Below, piece by piece: positions 27,656 to 36,491 of a stretch of 64,000 nt of DNA; position 1 is the first letter of the stretch, and the number at the start of each line of letters is the position of its first letter. Location: assembly GCA_012838125.1 (NCBI GenBank), contig DUPW01000044.1:3715-67714 (forward strand). The letters run 5' to 3'. The notes below the pieces were generated by a model, which did no database searches, had not been told where the DNA came from, and saw only the letters and a program-made list of their open reading frames with translations. Both the position numbers and the translations under genes were made by a program. This DNA comes from Papillibacter sp. (GTDB taxonomy: Bacteria; Bacillota; Clostridia; Oscillospirales; Oscillospiraceae).

Positions 27656-28766
27656 CGTCAGCCTCCTTTACGCGCCCGCCTTCAAGGCTAAGCAGGCGCC
27701 GGTATTTCACGTTCTCCTCCGGCTCCCGCGTAGCGCGCACGCTTTCTCCCGCCGCCGTTATGCGCCGGACGTGGCCTGCGAGGACAGCCGGCTCCGTGGC
27801 ATCATCATAGCGGATGAGAACGTCCACATCGTAGTCCCGCTCCGGCGTATGGAAGCGCTCTAACAGGTCGAGGTACACGGCAAAGCCGATGGCGCCACCC
27901 TCCCGCCCGAACTGCTTTAGGAGCGGGTCATACTGCCCGCCGGAGAGGATGCAGGTGGGCAGCCCGTCTACGTATCCTTGAAAAACGATGCCGTTGTAGT
28001 ATTTCATGTCGTTGACCGTTGAAAAATCGAGGTAGAGGGCGTCCGTTCCGCCCAGAGCCCGGACGGTTTTAAGAATCGCCTCCAGCTCCGCCACGGCACT
28101 GCGCATTTTCTCCCCGACGCACAGGGAGAGCATCGTCTCCCGCACGTCCTCCCATTTCCCATAGAGGGAGGCGAGGGTCATCAGCCTTTCGCAGTTTTCC
28201 CGTGACACGCCGAGGGATGCGCAGAGCTTTTCAATCTCCGGCGCGTTTTTTTCACTGATGCAGCGGAGCATCTTCCCCTGCGCCTCGCCGTCTAATCCGA
28301 GGGACTCCAGCAGACCGCTGACAAACCCGAGGTGGGACACATCCAGCAGATACCTGTCGCTGATGGTTTCAAGGCTCTTTAAAGCAAGGAAGATGACCTC
28401 GCCCATGGCGAACACATCCAGCTCCCCGATATATTCAAGTCCCGCCTGCATCCGCTCCTTCAGCTCCTGCCTGTGGGCGGAGAGGCGGTAGACGTTTTCG
28501 TTGTAAAAGTACTTGCAGGTGCCGGCACTGCCCCGGGTGTTGCGCACGATGGAGAGGGTGACGTCGGGCTTGAGGGCCATAAGGCGTCCCCCCGGCTCGT
28601 TGAACGTGGCAATATACTCGCTGGAGAGGAAGTTCTTGTTGCGGGCGTATAAATCGTACTCCTCAAACTTGCTCATCTTATACTGCGCGTAGCCGTACCG
28701 GCGGTAGAGCGCCCGAAGGCGCAGCATCGCCTGCTCCTCGTTTTTGAGAACTTCCTGCATCATCAT
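27648..28766 (-). CDS. hisZ: ATP phosphoribosyltransferase regulatory subunit HisZ (HisRS paralog)
   Basis: Class-II aaRS-like core (YRRYGYAQYKMSKFEEYDLY..KYFYNENVYR). Start uncertain: I chose ATG 28766 behind a GGGAG RBS; the track ORF begins at 28823. Confidence 0.8.
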   Translation of the reverse strand: MMMQEVLKNEEQAMLRLRALYRRYGYAQYKMSKFEEYDLYARNKNFLSSEYIATFNEPGGRLMALKPDVTLSIVRNTRGSAGTCKYFYNENVYRLSAHRQELKERMQAGLEYIGELDVFAMGEVIFLALKSLETISDRYLLDVSHLGFVSGLLESLGLDGEAQGKMLRCISEKNAPEIEKLCASLGVSRENCERLMTLASLYGKWEDVRETMLSLCVGEKMRSAVAELEAILKTVRALGGTDALYLDFSTVNDMKYYNGIVFQGYVDGLPTCILSGGQYDPLLKQFGREGGAIGFAVYLDLLERFHTPERDYDVDVLIRYDDATEPAVLAGHVRRITAAGESVRATREPEENVKYRRLLSLEGGRVKEADDA

Positions 28767-28994
28767 CCGCTCACGCTCCCTTTCCGCAGATTCTTCATGA
28801 TACAGTATAGCATACTTTAGCATGGTAATCTAGTAATACGGTAACACGATAATACACAAATTTCAGGCCAGTTTCCTGTATGTCTTTTTCCTTTTATTCC
28901 AAAATCGGGCGAAATGGGGCTTGTTTCAGGTGACGCGTGGTGTTACGATAGAGAAAAACGGGGCGCGTTTTGCGCGGCCGGAGGAGAGTGGGCT

Positions 28995-29276
28995 ATGCCG
29001 TTTATTGTTCACAAAAACAAAATCGTGTATGAGGAGGAGGGCGTCATGCTGGCGGAGGTGGACTTTCCGCCCATAGACGAAGAAACAGTTGATATCTGCC
29101 ACACCTTCGTAGACTCATCCCTGCGGGGAAAGGGCATTGCCGGCCAGCTGATGGAGCGGGCGGTGGCGTCGCTGCGGGAGACGGGGCGGAAGGCATATCC
29201 CACGTGCTCTTACGCTGTTTACTGGTTTGACGAGCACCCGGAGCACGATGATATTTTGTCTGATAACGCTGGTTAG
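28995..29276 (+). CDS. small GNAT-fold N-acetyltransferase (YjdJ/PF14542-like)
   Basis: 93 aa. FVDSSLRGKGIAGQLMERAV..AYPTCSYAVYWF. Start trimmed to ATG 28995 after a GGAGGAGAG RBS. Confidence 0.7.
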   Translation: MPFIVHKNKIVYEEEGVMLAEVDFPPIDEETVDICHTFVDSSLRGKGIAGQLMERAVASLRETGRKAYPTCSYAVYWFDEHPEHDDILSDNAG

Positions 29277-29302
29277 CTCGCGCTTTCACAATTTAATTTA
29301 AA

Positions 29303-29337
29303 GAAAAGCCGAAGCACAAGCTGCTTCGGCATTTTTT
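29303..29337. terminator. bidirectional terminator between the GNAT gene and acpP
   Basis: GCCGAAGCA / TGCTTCGGC stem flanked by AAAGAAAA and ATTTTTT. Confidence 0.75.
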
Positions 29338-29344
29338 ATGTAGT

Positions 29345-29569
29345 TTAAGCCATGGCCCCGAGCGTTTGCTCGATAAAGCCCGTTATCTCGGCGACTGTTT
29401 TATAATTGTAGACCGATTCGTCGGTAATAACGAGACCGAATTCCTCTTCGAGCAGTGTAATGAGCTCAACGAGGTCAAGCGAATCAGCGCCGAGATCCTT
29501 CACCAGATCAGTTTCCATCGTAATGCTGCTGGCATCAACGGCAAACTGAGAGGCGAGAAGCTCCTTCAC
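29345..29569 (-). CDS. acpP: acyl carrier protein
   Basis: 74 aa with the DLGADSLDLVELI phosphopantetheine-attachment motif. Confidence 0.9.
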   Translation of the reverse strand: MKELLASQFAVDASSITMETDLVKDLGADSLDLVELITLLEEEFGLVITDESVYNYKTVAEITGFIEQTLGAMA

Positions 29570-29617
29570 TTTTTCAACAACGATGGTAATCCCCCTCTTT
29601 CAACAAAAAGCTAAAGT

Positions 29618-30289
29618 TTATCGCCACTCGCGGATATTCTGGGCGGAGTTATGCCCGCTTTTGTGTTCGTACGCCACAACAATACGACGGTTCGGTTCGG
29701 AACCGACGGAGTACGTTGTAACATTCGGAAAGCCCTGCAGCGCCGTGTGGATAACGTGGCGTTCGTAGGAATTCATGGGTTCGAGGGTCATATTGCGACG
29801 ATATTTGACGACTTTCGCCGCGACTTTGGCGGCCAGCTTCTCCAGTGCCTCGTTGCGGCGGGCGCGGTAGTTTTCCGCGTCGATGTTCACCCGCACCCGG
29901 CTGGTGGCCTTTTTGTTGACGATATAGTTCGTCAGGTGTTGAATCGCGTCGAGGGTTTCGCCACGGCGGCCGATGAGGGCGCCCGGGTCGTCCCCCGTGA
30001 GGATGACGGAGATGACGCCGTCCTCCTCTTCAGTGATATGGGGCGTGGCGCGTACGCCCATGCGCTCAAAGAGCCCCGTTAGAAACTGCTCCACCCGCTC
30101 GCTCTGGGTGTCAGGGCGCTCGTAAGACACGCGCACAACGGCGGGACTGCTTTTTAAACCGAGAAAGCCCGACTTGGCTCGCTCGATGATTTCAACGGTC
30201 ACATCGTCGCGCTGCAGGCCAAGCTGACTGAGCGCGTTCTGAATAGCTTCTTCTTCGGTTTTCCCGGATACTTCGATCGAAACGAACAT
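29618..30289 (-). CDS. khpB: Jag/KhpB RNA-binding protein (Jag_N, KH, R3H)
   Basis: GKTEEEAIQNALSQLG (Jag_N). IGRRGETLDAIQHL (KH). ERHVIHTAL (R3H). Start chosen at ATG 30289, 9 nt after AAGGAG. Confidence 0.85.
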   Translation of the reverse strand: MFVSIEVSGKTEEEAIQNALSQLGLQRDDVTVEIIERAKSGFLGLKSSPAVVRVSYERPDTQSERVEQFLTGLFERMGVRATPHITEEEDGVISVILTGDDPGALIGRRGETLDAIQHLTNYIVNKKATSRVRVNIDAENYRARRNEALEKLAAKVAAKVVKYRRNMTLEPMNSYERHVIHTALQGFPNVTTYSVGSEPNRRIVVAYEHKSGHNSAQNIREWR

Positions 30290-30370
30290 TTCGGTCATCT
30301 CCTTAAGGCCCCGCTGCGGTGGGCGGCGCATGATTCTCTGCCGAAAGACTCCGGCGTTTGTTCCTGAAGG

Positions 30371-31789
30371 CTATTGTACGTCATCCGGCTGTGTGTATTC
30401 CGGAGTCGAAAGTGTGCCCTCCGTCAGGTCTCCCGCGTCCTCGGCGGCTGCGTCTTCCCCGGCTACGCGCGGCTGCGCTTCGGAAGAGTCAGACGCTTCT
30501 TCAGCATCGGAAACAGGCTCGTTTTGCACCGTCTCAGGTGCGGGTTCGTGGAGGGGGGCTGTTTTTTCCACAATAGCTGTGGACTCCGCCTCCTCGTTTT
30601 CTTCCGGCTCCTCGGCGGCGGGCTGATTCTGGAAGTTCTTATCGAAACGGTGCGGGTCGTAAGCGCGGCCCCGGGCATAACGGCGGTTGCCGACGCGGCT
30701 GGGCTCGGCGTCCTCGTCAGACTCGGAGGGGGGCGCGTGTTTCTTCGCCCACTCTGCTGCCCGCTCCTGTTTGATGCGGCGTTCTTCTTTCAGCTGTTTT
30801 TTCTTAGAGGTGTTGGGGTTGCGCTCCACTGCGTTGGCTTCCCGCAGGCGCTCCGTTTCGAGGCGCTTGGCCTCAAGCTCGGCCTCTCGCTTGCGCTGGG
30901 CTTCGTACCGCTCGGCATCCTCTATGTCGAGGGTTTTCGTGTAGTACTTCGTGAGGATAACATCCTGAATGAAGGCGAACAGGGAGCTGAAGATGATATA
31001 CACACCGATAGCACCCGGCATGATAAAGGCAAAGTAGACGGAAATGAGGGGCATAAACAGGAGCATAGAGGAGCTCTGCTGCTGCACCTGGCTGTTTGAC
31101 GCGTTCATTTTCATGCTCACCCGGGCCGACAGAAAAGCAAGAAGGCCGGAGATAAAGGGGAGCAGAAACAGGCCGAGTCCCGGCAGCCATACGGAGGGGT
31201 TCGACCAATCCGTGGTCCACAGGAAGTTCCACTGGGGCCGCTGGCCGAGGTTCATCCCGATAAAATTATAGTCGATAGCGCGCAGTTTATCACTGAGGGG
31301 CGCAAAGGAACTAAAGTGCTGGGAGATAAACTGGGCCTGATCAATTTCCAGATAGTTGGCGCTCATGGTCGGCGAAAAGTTAAGACTACTGAGCTTTTCG
31401 AAAATGGAGCCGCCTTCCACCAGCATTTCCTTGGGGATGGCCATCATCGTAGTGAGGGGACGGCTGATGGCGGAAAACAGGGCGATGATAATCGGGAAGG
31501 GAATAAGGGACCACAGGCAGCCCGACATGGGATTGACGCCCTCTTCCCGATAGAGCTTCTGCAATTCCTCGTTGAACTTTTGCTTGTTGGCGCCGTGGCG
31601 CTTTTCAAGCTCCTTGATTTTCGGCTGCAGGCGCGACTGTTTCATCATGCCGCGCTTCGATTTCATCTGAAACGGCAGGAGTATGACTTTGACGATGAGG
31701 GCAAAGAGAATGACGGCCAGGCCATAGTTGCCCACGAATTCGTACAGCCGAATTAGAAGCCAGCCGAACGGTTTAGCAATGGTGTTCAA
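30371..31789 (-). CDS. yidC: YidC/Oxa1 membrane protein insertase with about 190-aa charged C-terminal extension
   Basis: GLAVILFALIVKVILLPF..MMKQSRLQPKIKELEKRH..LYREEGVNPMSGCLW core. Residues from about 283 to 472 form a K/R/E-rich then acidic tail. Confidence 0.9.
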   Translation of the reverse strand: MNTIAKPFGWLLIRLYEFVGNYGLAVILFALIVKVILLPFQMKSKRGMMKQSRLQPKIKELEKRHGANKQKFNEELQKLYREEGVNPMSGCLWSLIPFPIIIALFSAISRPLTTMMAIPKEMLVEGGSIFEKLSSLNFSPTMSANYLEIDQAQFISQHFSSFAPLSDKLRAIDYNFIGMNLGQRPQWNFLWTTDWSNPSVWLPGLGLFLLPFISGLLAFLSARVSMKMNASNSQVQQQSSSMLLFMPLISVYFAFIMPGAIGVYIIFSSLFAFIQDVILTKYYTKTLDIEDAERYEAQRKREAELEAKRLETERLREANAVERNPNTSKKKQLKEERRIKQERAAEWAKKHAPPSESDEDAEPSRVGNRRYARGRAYDPHRFDKNFQNQPAAEEPEENEEAESTAIVEKTAPLHEPAPETVQNEPVSDAEEASDSSEAQPRVAGEDAAAEDAGDLTEGTLSTPEYTQPDDVQ

Positions 31790-31815
31790 TCCTTAATTCT
31801 CCAATCTGTATAACG

Positions 31816-32025
31816 TCATGGGACGGGGTCGTATCCGCCCTTATGAAACGGGTGGCACTTGCCAATGCGTTTAATGGAGAGCCAGAGGCCCTTCGCCGCA
31901 CCGTATTTCGTAATCGCCTCCAGAGCATAAGCCGAGCAGGTGGGCGTAAAGCGGCAGGAGGGCGGCCGAAGGGGCGAGATGCGGCGTCTGTAAAACGTCA
32001 CACAGGCAATGAGCAGTTTTTTCAT
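31816..32025 (-). CDS. yidD: membrane protein insertion efficiency factor YidD
   Basis: [47 protein letters not shown] overlap with the rnpA stop. Confidence 0.9.
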   Translation of the reverse strand: MKKLLIACVTFYRRRISPLRPPSCRFTPTCSAYALEAITKYGAAKGLWLSIKRIGKCHPFHKGGYDPVP

Positions 32026-32357
32026 TTCACTAACCCTAATTTTAGACAAAGGGAGAGAAAATCAGTCTCCAAATTGCGAAACTGTGCCGTTTTGCCGCGT
32101 CCGCGTGCCACTATAACGATGTCATAGCCGGGGGAGAGTTTGTCCTCGTTGAGACGGTAAACCTCCCGGAGGCGGCGCCGCAGCCGGTTGCGCACAACGG
32201 CCTTGCCCAGCTTGGCACTCACCGTTATACCAACGCGATTCATTTTCAGGCGATTGGGCCGGCAGTACAGAACCATGCAAGGGGACGCAGCGGACTTGCC
32301 CTTAGCGTAAAGCCGGCGGAAATCGTGATTATTTTTAAGTGAGACGGAAAACTTCAC
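32022..32357 (-). CDS. rnpA: RNase P protein component
   Basis: Basic 111-aa protein. [34 protein letters not shown]. Confidence 0.9.
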   Translation of the reverse strand: MKFSVSLKNNHDFRRLYAKGKSAASPCMVLYCRPNRLKMNRVGITVSAKLGKAVVRNRLRRRLREVYRLNEDKLSPGYDIVIVARGRGKTAQFRNLETDFLSLCLKLGLVK

Positions 32358-32436
32358 CCGGCCAGCGCTCCTCGATAAACAGGCTTAGGGCGGGTAAAAC
32401 CGCCCTGAAAATTCTTGTTCCTGTTGCCCGCTTCAT

Positions 32437-32571
32437 TTAAGCGGAAAGCTTCGCTCTGCCCTTTCTGCGACGACGGGCGAGAACCTTTCTGCCGTTTCGT
32501 GTCGACATTCTCTTGCGGAAGCCGTGCTCCTTGGCGCGCTGACGCTTTTTGGGCTGGTATGTTCTTAACAT
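32437..32571 (-). CDS. rpmH: 50S ribosomal protein L34
   Basis: Not in the ORF track (44 aa). My translation: [54 protein letters not shown] upstream. Confidence 0.95.
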   Translation of the reverse strand: MLRTYQPKKRQRAKEHGFRKRMSTRNGRKVLARRRRKGRAKLSA

Positions 32572-32674
32572 GCTGGCACCTCCTTATCCACCCTTGCGGG
32601 ATACCCGACACGGGCTTATCATCAGGCTGCATTGCCCACTGCCGTGCAGCGAACAAGTCGCCGTGCGGAAGATA

Positions 32675-32703
32675 ATTATATAATACCTAAAATGGTGTGT
32701 CAA
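32675..32703 (-). promoter_or_regulatory. perfect-consensus sigma-A promoter of the rpmH operon
   Basis: Minus strand: TTGACA (32703-32698), 17-nt spacer, TATAAT (32680-32675). Confidence 0.7.
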
Positions 32704-32734
32704 TAACTAATAACCCAGTTAAAATCCGTCAATA

Positions 32735-33970
32735 TCAGCGGATTTCGCCACCGGAGCGCGGTTTTCGCAGGATTGAAAGGTGCGGAGCCTGCTGGGGAAG
32801 GGTGAGACGAAAGCGCATCATGGGGTGGGGCGTCGCCTCAATGGGCTCACCGGCCTCGTCCGTTAAATCCTCCGCCGTAAAGCTGACGGGGGGAGAGCCG
32901 GGGCGAAGCAGCTCCAGTGTATCGCCGCGGTTAAATTTGTTACGCTGGGTCAGCTTCGCGCGCCCGTCTGCATCGCAATCGTCCACAATGGCCACCACGT
33001 CCGCATCGGAAACGTACAGTGCGTCCAGCGTGTACTGCCCGCCTTCGTCCCGACCGAAGAAGAAGCCGGTGCTGTAGGGCCGGTGGCTGACCTTGTCGGC
33101 TTCCCGCAGCCACACCGGGTCGAGGGGCCGGCCTTCAAGGGCCGCATCGATGGCGTGGCGGTAGGCGTTGGTGATGACGGCGGCGTAATAGGTCGACTTC
33201 ATGCGCCCTTCAATTTTCAGGCTCGTGGCGCCTGCCGCCAGTACTTCGGGAATATGCCCCAGCATACACAGGTCCCGGGCGTTTAAGATATACGTTCCGT
33301 TGTGGTCTTCCGTGATTTCATAATACTCCCCGGGGCGCTTCGCTTCCGTGAGGAAGTACCGCCACCGGCAAGGCTGGGCGCACGCGCCGCGGTTTGCGTC
33401 CCGTCCGGCGAGAAAGTTAGACAGAAGGCACCGGCCGGAAAAAGAGACGCACATGGCCCCGTGGACGAAGACCTCGATTTCAAGCTCCCGTGGCGTCTTG
33501 GCGCGAATTTCAGAAATTTCCGTGAGCGTCAGCTCTCGGGCGAGGATGACGCGGGAGGCGCCCAGTTCGTGTAGCATCCGCGCCGTCTCGAAACTGGCCA
33601 CGCCCGCTTGCGTGCTGATGTGACAGGCAAGACCAGGTGCGTATTTTTTCGCCATGGAGAAGGCCCCTAAGTCGGAGAGAATCACTGCATCGGCGCCAGC
33701 GTCCTGCACCATTTCAAAGTAGGCGGGCAGGGCGTCAATGTCCTCGTTTCGCATGACGGCGTTGCAGGTAACGTACACCTTAACGCCGCGGCCGTGGCAA
33801 TAAGCCACGGCCTTTTTCAGCGCGTTCGGACTAAAGTTTCCCGCGGCGGCCCGCAGGCCGAACCGCTCGCCGGCGAGGTAGACGGCGTCCGCCCCGTAGG
33901 CTACGGCCATCTCCAGCCGGTCAAAGTCTCCCGCCGGGGCGAGAAGCTCCGGTTTACCCGCCATACTCAT
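32735..33970 (-). CDS. peptidase U32 family protein (YrrO/TrhP-like)
   Basis: PELLAPAGDFDRLEMAVAYGADAVY and Cys-rich CAQPCRW motif. Lies downstream of mltG, as yrrL-yrrNO does in Bacillus. Start (33970 or 33964) overlaps the mltG stop. Confidence 0.85.
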   Translation of the reverse strand: MSMAGKPELLAPAGDFDRLEMAVAYGADAVYLAGERFGLRAAAGNFSPNALKKAVAYCHGRGVKVYVTCNAVMRNEDIDALPAYFEMVQDAGADAVILSDLGAFSMAKKYAPGLACHISTQAGVASFETARMLHELGASRVILARELTLTEISEIRAKTPRELEIEVFVHGAMCVSFSGRCLLSNFLAGRDANRGACAQPCRWRYFLTEAKRPGEYYEITEDHNGTYILNARDLCMLGHIPEVLAAGATSLKIEGRMKSTYYAAVITNAYRHAIDAALEGRPLDPVWLREADKVSHRPYSTGFFFGRDEGGQYTLDALYVSDADVVAIVDDCDADGRAKLTQRNKFNRGDTLELLRPGSPPVSFTAEDLTDEAGEPIEATPHPMMRFRLTLPQQAPHLSILRKPRSGGEIR

Positions 33971-35522
33971 CACTCTGGACGAAGGCGGAGTGGGAGGCGA
34001 AGTCGCGGAAGAAGTTGTGGGTGCCCTGTTTGTTGAGGGCGTAGTAGTAGTAATTCGTGGACTCGGGGTTAAGGGCCGCTTTGATGGAAGCAAGGCCGGG
34101 GTTTGCGATGGGTCCCGGCGGCAGGCCCGGGTTCAGGTAGGTGTTGTAGGGACTGTCCACAGTGGTGGAAAAGGACTCGCCGGTGCGGGATATGGCGTAG
34201 TGGATGGATGCGTCAATCTGAAGCAGCTGCAGGTTCTGGCTCTTTAAGCGGTTGTGGATAACGGAGGAAATGCGGGGCCGCTCCTCGTCGTTACCCGCCT
34301 CTTTTTCGATGAGGGAGGCGATGATAACAATCTCCCGCTGGGTAAAGCCCATCTCGGCAGCCCGGGATGCAAATTCATCGGTGTATTTCGCGTTAAAGGT
34401 GCTGAGCATCTTATTGATGGCCCGGGAGGGGGAGTCGCCCACGTAGAAACGGTAAGTGTCCGGGAAGAGGTAGCCTTCCAGACGGTATTTGTCCCCGAGG
34501 GTGGACTCATCTAAGAAGCTGAAGTTGAAATCGTAGTTGGCGGCGGCGTCCCAAAGTTCGGCTTCAGTGGCCACGCGGTTAGCGTCAAGGAGCTGGAAAA
34601 TCTGCTTGAGGGTATAGCCCTCCGGAATGGTGACTTCAATTTCCACTTTCTTGCCGCCCCGCAGGGTCATGCCGTTGACGAGGGCGCGGTAGTCGTAGTT
34701 TTTATTGAGGGCGTAGGTGCCGGCCACGATTTTTTCGTCAGCATCGGAGAAGCGGGCGTAGAGATTAAAGAGGGATTTGTACTTGATAAGCCCCGACTCG
34801 TGCAGGATATCCGCCACGTCGCCCATCTTGTAGTCTTTCGGGATGGTCACATGCACCACCTCGTCCTCGTTGCCGAAACCGAGTATGTCCGTTGCGGCAA
34901 GCCAGCCGAGGGAGGCGATGAGCAGGCTTATGCATATAATGAAGGCGGCGTAGAGAATACCGCCGAGGCAGCCAGAGCGTTTTTCTCTGTTCGGGCGGAT
35001 GGGGCTATTCATGGGCACGTCGCTGTACTCCTCGTCAAAATCAAATTCCACGTTAAAATCGTCCTCCGCCTCCACCGGCGGCTTGGGCTTTGTCTCCCGA
35101 TGGAACTTTGCATCGGGCGCCGGGGGCACCTGGCGGGCAGGCTTCGCCTCCCGCGGCGGCTTTGCGCTGCGGGTGGGTCTTAAACCCTCTTCGGGAGGAG
35201 ATTTTCGGCGAGGCTTTTGCTCCCGGTTAGGCTGAAAATCCTGCTCCGGTTTTGCGCTGCGGGCCGGCCGCCGCGGCTTTTGCGGGGGAACTTCGCTCTG
35301 TGGCTCCGGCTTGGGCGTATTCACTTCGGGCGGTGCAGGGTCGGAGGGCGCTTCTCTGCGCTCGGCCGGTTTCCGCTGCGGCGTCGGCGGGGGCGCGTCT
35401 TTTATTTCGGGCAAATCGGGCGTATCATCGCCCCCCATGTCTTCAGCGTGGAGCAGCTCCATGATTTCATCGTTATATCCATCGCCCAAAAGCTCTTTCC
35501 AGTAGTCCGCGTTGTCTTTCAT
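33954..35522 (-). CDS. mltG: endolytic murein transglycosylase MltG (YceG-like) with about 180-aa Pro/Lys/Glu-rich cytoplasmic N-terminal extension
   Basis: TM helix CLGGILYAAFIICISLLIASLGW. YceG motifs EGYLFPDTY, ASLIEKEA, SVIHNRL, SPYNTYLNPGLPPGPIANPG. Confidence 0.9.
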   Translation of the reverse strand: MKDNADYWKELLGDGYNDEIMELLHAEDMGGDDTPDLPEIKDAPPPTPQRKPAERREAPSDPAPPEVNTPKPEPQSEVPPQKPRRPARSAKPEQDFQPNREQKPRRKSPPEEGLRPTRSAKPPREAKPARQVPPAPDAKFHRETKPKPPVEAEDDFNVEFDFDEEYSDVPMNSPIRPNREKRSGCLGGILYAAFIICISLLIASLGWLAATDILGFGNEDEVVHVTIPKDYKMGDVADILHESGLIKYKSLFNLYARFSDADEKIVAGTYALNKNYDYRALVNGMTLRGGKKVEIEVTIPEGYTLKQIFQLLDANRVATEAELWDAAANYDFNFSFLDESTLGDKYRLEGYLFPDTYRFYVGDSPSRAINKMLSTFNAKYTDEFASRAAEMGFTQREIVIIASLIEKEAGNDEERPRISSVIHNRLKSQNLQLLQIDASIHYAISRTGESFSTTVDSPYNTYLNPGLPPGPIANPGLASIKAALNPESTNYYYYALNKQGTHNFFRDFASHSAFVQSDEYGG

Positions 35523-35727
35523 AAGACGCCTCCTGAATATCGAAACAAAACGCTTTGGGTGCAGTCACCCTCATGCCGGAGTATGCATAGAATATCGCAG
35601 ACGGCAAGTCAAAGAGAAAAAGCCGCCTACAGGGAAAACTCTTATCAAATAACTTGCGCGTGATAAGAGGCACGACGAAACATAATGACCAATAAGCCGA
35701 CGCGCAACGGCAGAATGGAGTTTGAGT

Positions 35728-35844
35728 ATGTGCTTTAATGGTTTTGGAAACAATTCTTGTCTCTGGATCATCATTATCCTAATTATTCTTTGCTGCTGCT
35801 GCGGCGGATTTGGTGGGTTCAGCGACAACTGCAATCGCTGCTGA
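35728..35844 (+). CDS. 38-aa Cys/Gly-rich single-TM peptide (tiny-TM, YjcZ-like class typical of spore formers)
   Basis: Not in the ORF track. GGAG RBS 7 nt upstream of the ATG. My translation: MCFNGFGNNSCLWIIIILIILCCCCGGFGGFSDNCNRC. Confidence 0.55.
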   Translation: MCFNGFGNNSCLWIIIILIILCCCCGGFGGFSDNCNRC

Positions 35845-35915
35845 ACAGGCGCCTACATACGATAAGAACCCGGGATAAAAACCATGGACGGCAACGCCGC
35901 CCGGGCAAAGCACAC

Positions 35916-36491
35916 TTAGCGGGGCTCCCCAAGGAGTCTCGCTTTTTTTTCTGTTACGATACAGTTTACGGGGATATCGTGGTCTTCCCGGGGAACGGAA
36001 TCCATCATCAGTTTTTCCCGGGTGATGCCCACGGTGTAAGCCCGTGTACGGCTTAAAAACCGGTCGTAATACCCGCCGCCGTAGCCCACGCGGTAGCCCG
36101 TTTTGTCATACGCCAAGGCGGGGACGACGATGAAATCAAGCTCCTCCGGCGGGACCACGTGGGTGGAATCGAGGGGCTCCATCAGCCCCATCATCTGAGA
36201 CTCACGCAGCTCGCCCACGTCTTTTATCGCCCGGGCCTCCATGATGCCGCCCTTAAAGCAGACAGGCAGCGTCACCGTTTTACCCATCTCCAGCGCGCGC
36301 TGGATAATGCGGTGGGTATCCGGCTCCCGGCCGATGCTGTAGAAGGTAAAAACCGTCTTTGCCTGAATAAATTCCGAAAGGGCGCAGACCCGCTCGGCGA
36401 TGGCCGCGTCGCTTTCCTCGATATATTCCGCGGGAAACCCGTTGATTTTCTCGCGGATTTCTTTGCGTAGAAGTTTTTTCGTTTCTCTCAT
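35916..36491 (-). CDS. 5-formyltetrahydrofolate cyclo-ligase
   Basis: FYSIGREPDT..VVPALAYDKTGYRVGYGGGYYDRFL. ATGA overlap with the tmk stop. Confidence 0.85.
   Translation of the reverse strand: MRETKKLLRKEIREKINGFPAEYIEESDAAIAERVCALSEFIQAKTVFTFYSIGREPDTHRIIQRALEMGKTVTLPVCFKGGIMEARAIKDVGELRESQMMGLMEPLDSTHVVPPEELDFIVVPALAYDKTGYRVGYGGGYYDRFLSRTRAYTVGITREKLMMDSVPREDHDIPVNCIVTEKKARLLGEPR

Noticed and set aside
32572-32735. Possible oriC with DnaA boxes upstream of rpmH.
   Set aside because: There is only one 8/9 match to TTATCCACA, and it overlaps the rpmH RBS. The region is about 160 bp, with no AT-rich DUE and no dnaA nearby.
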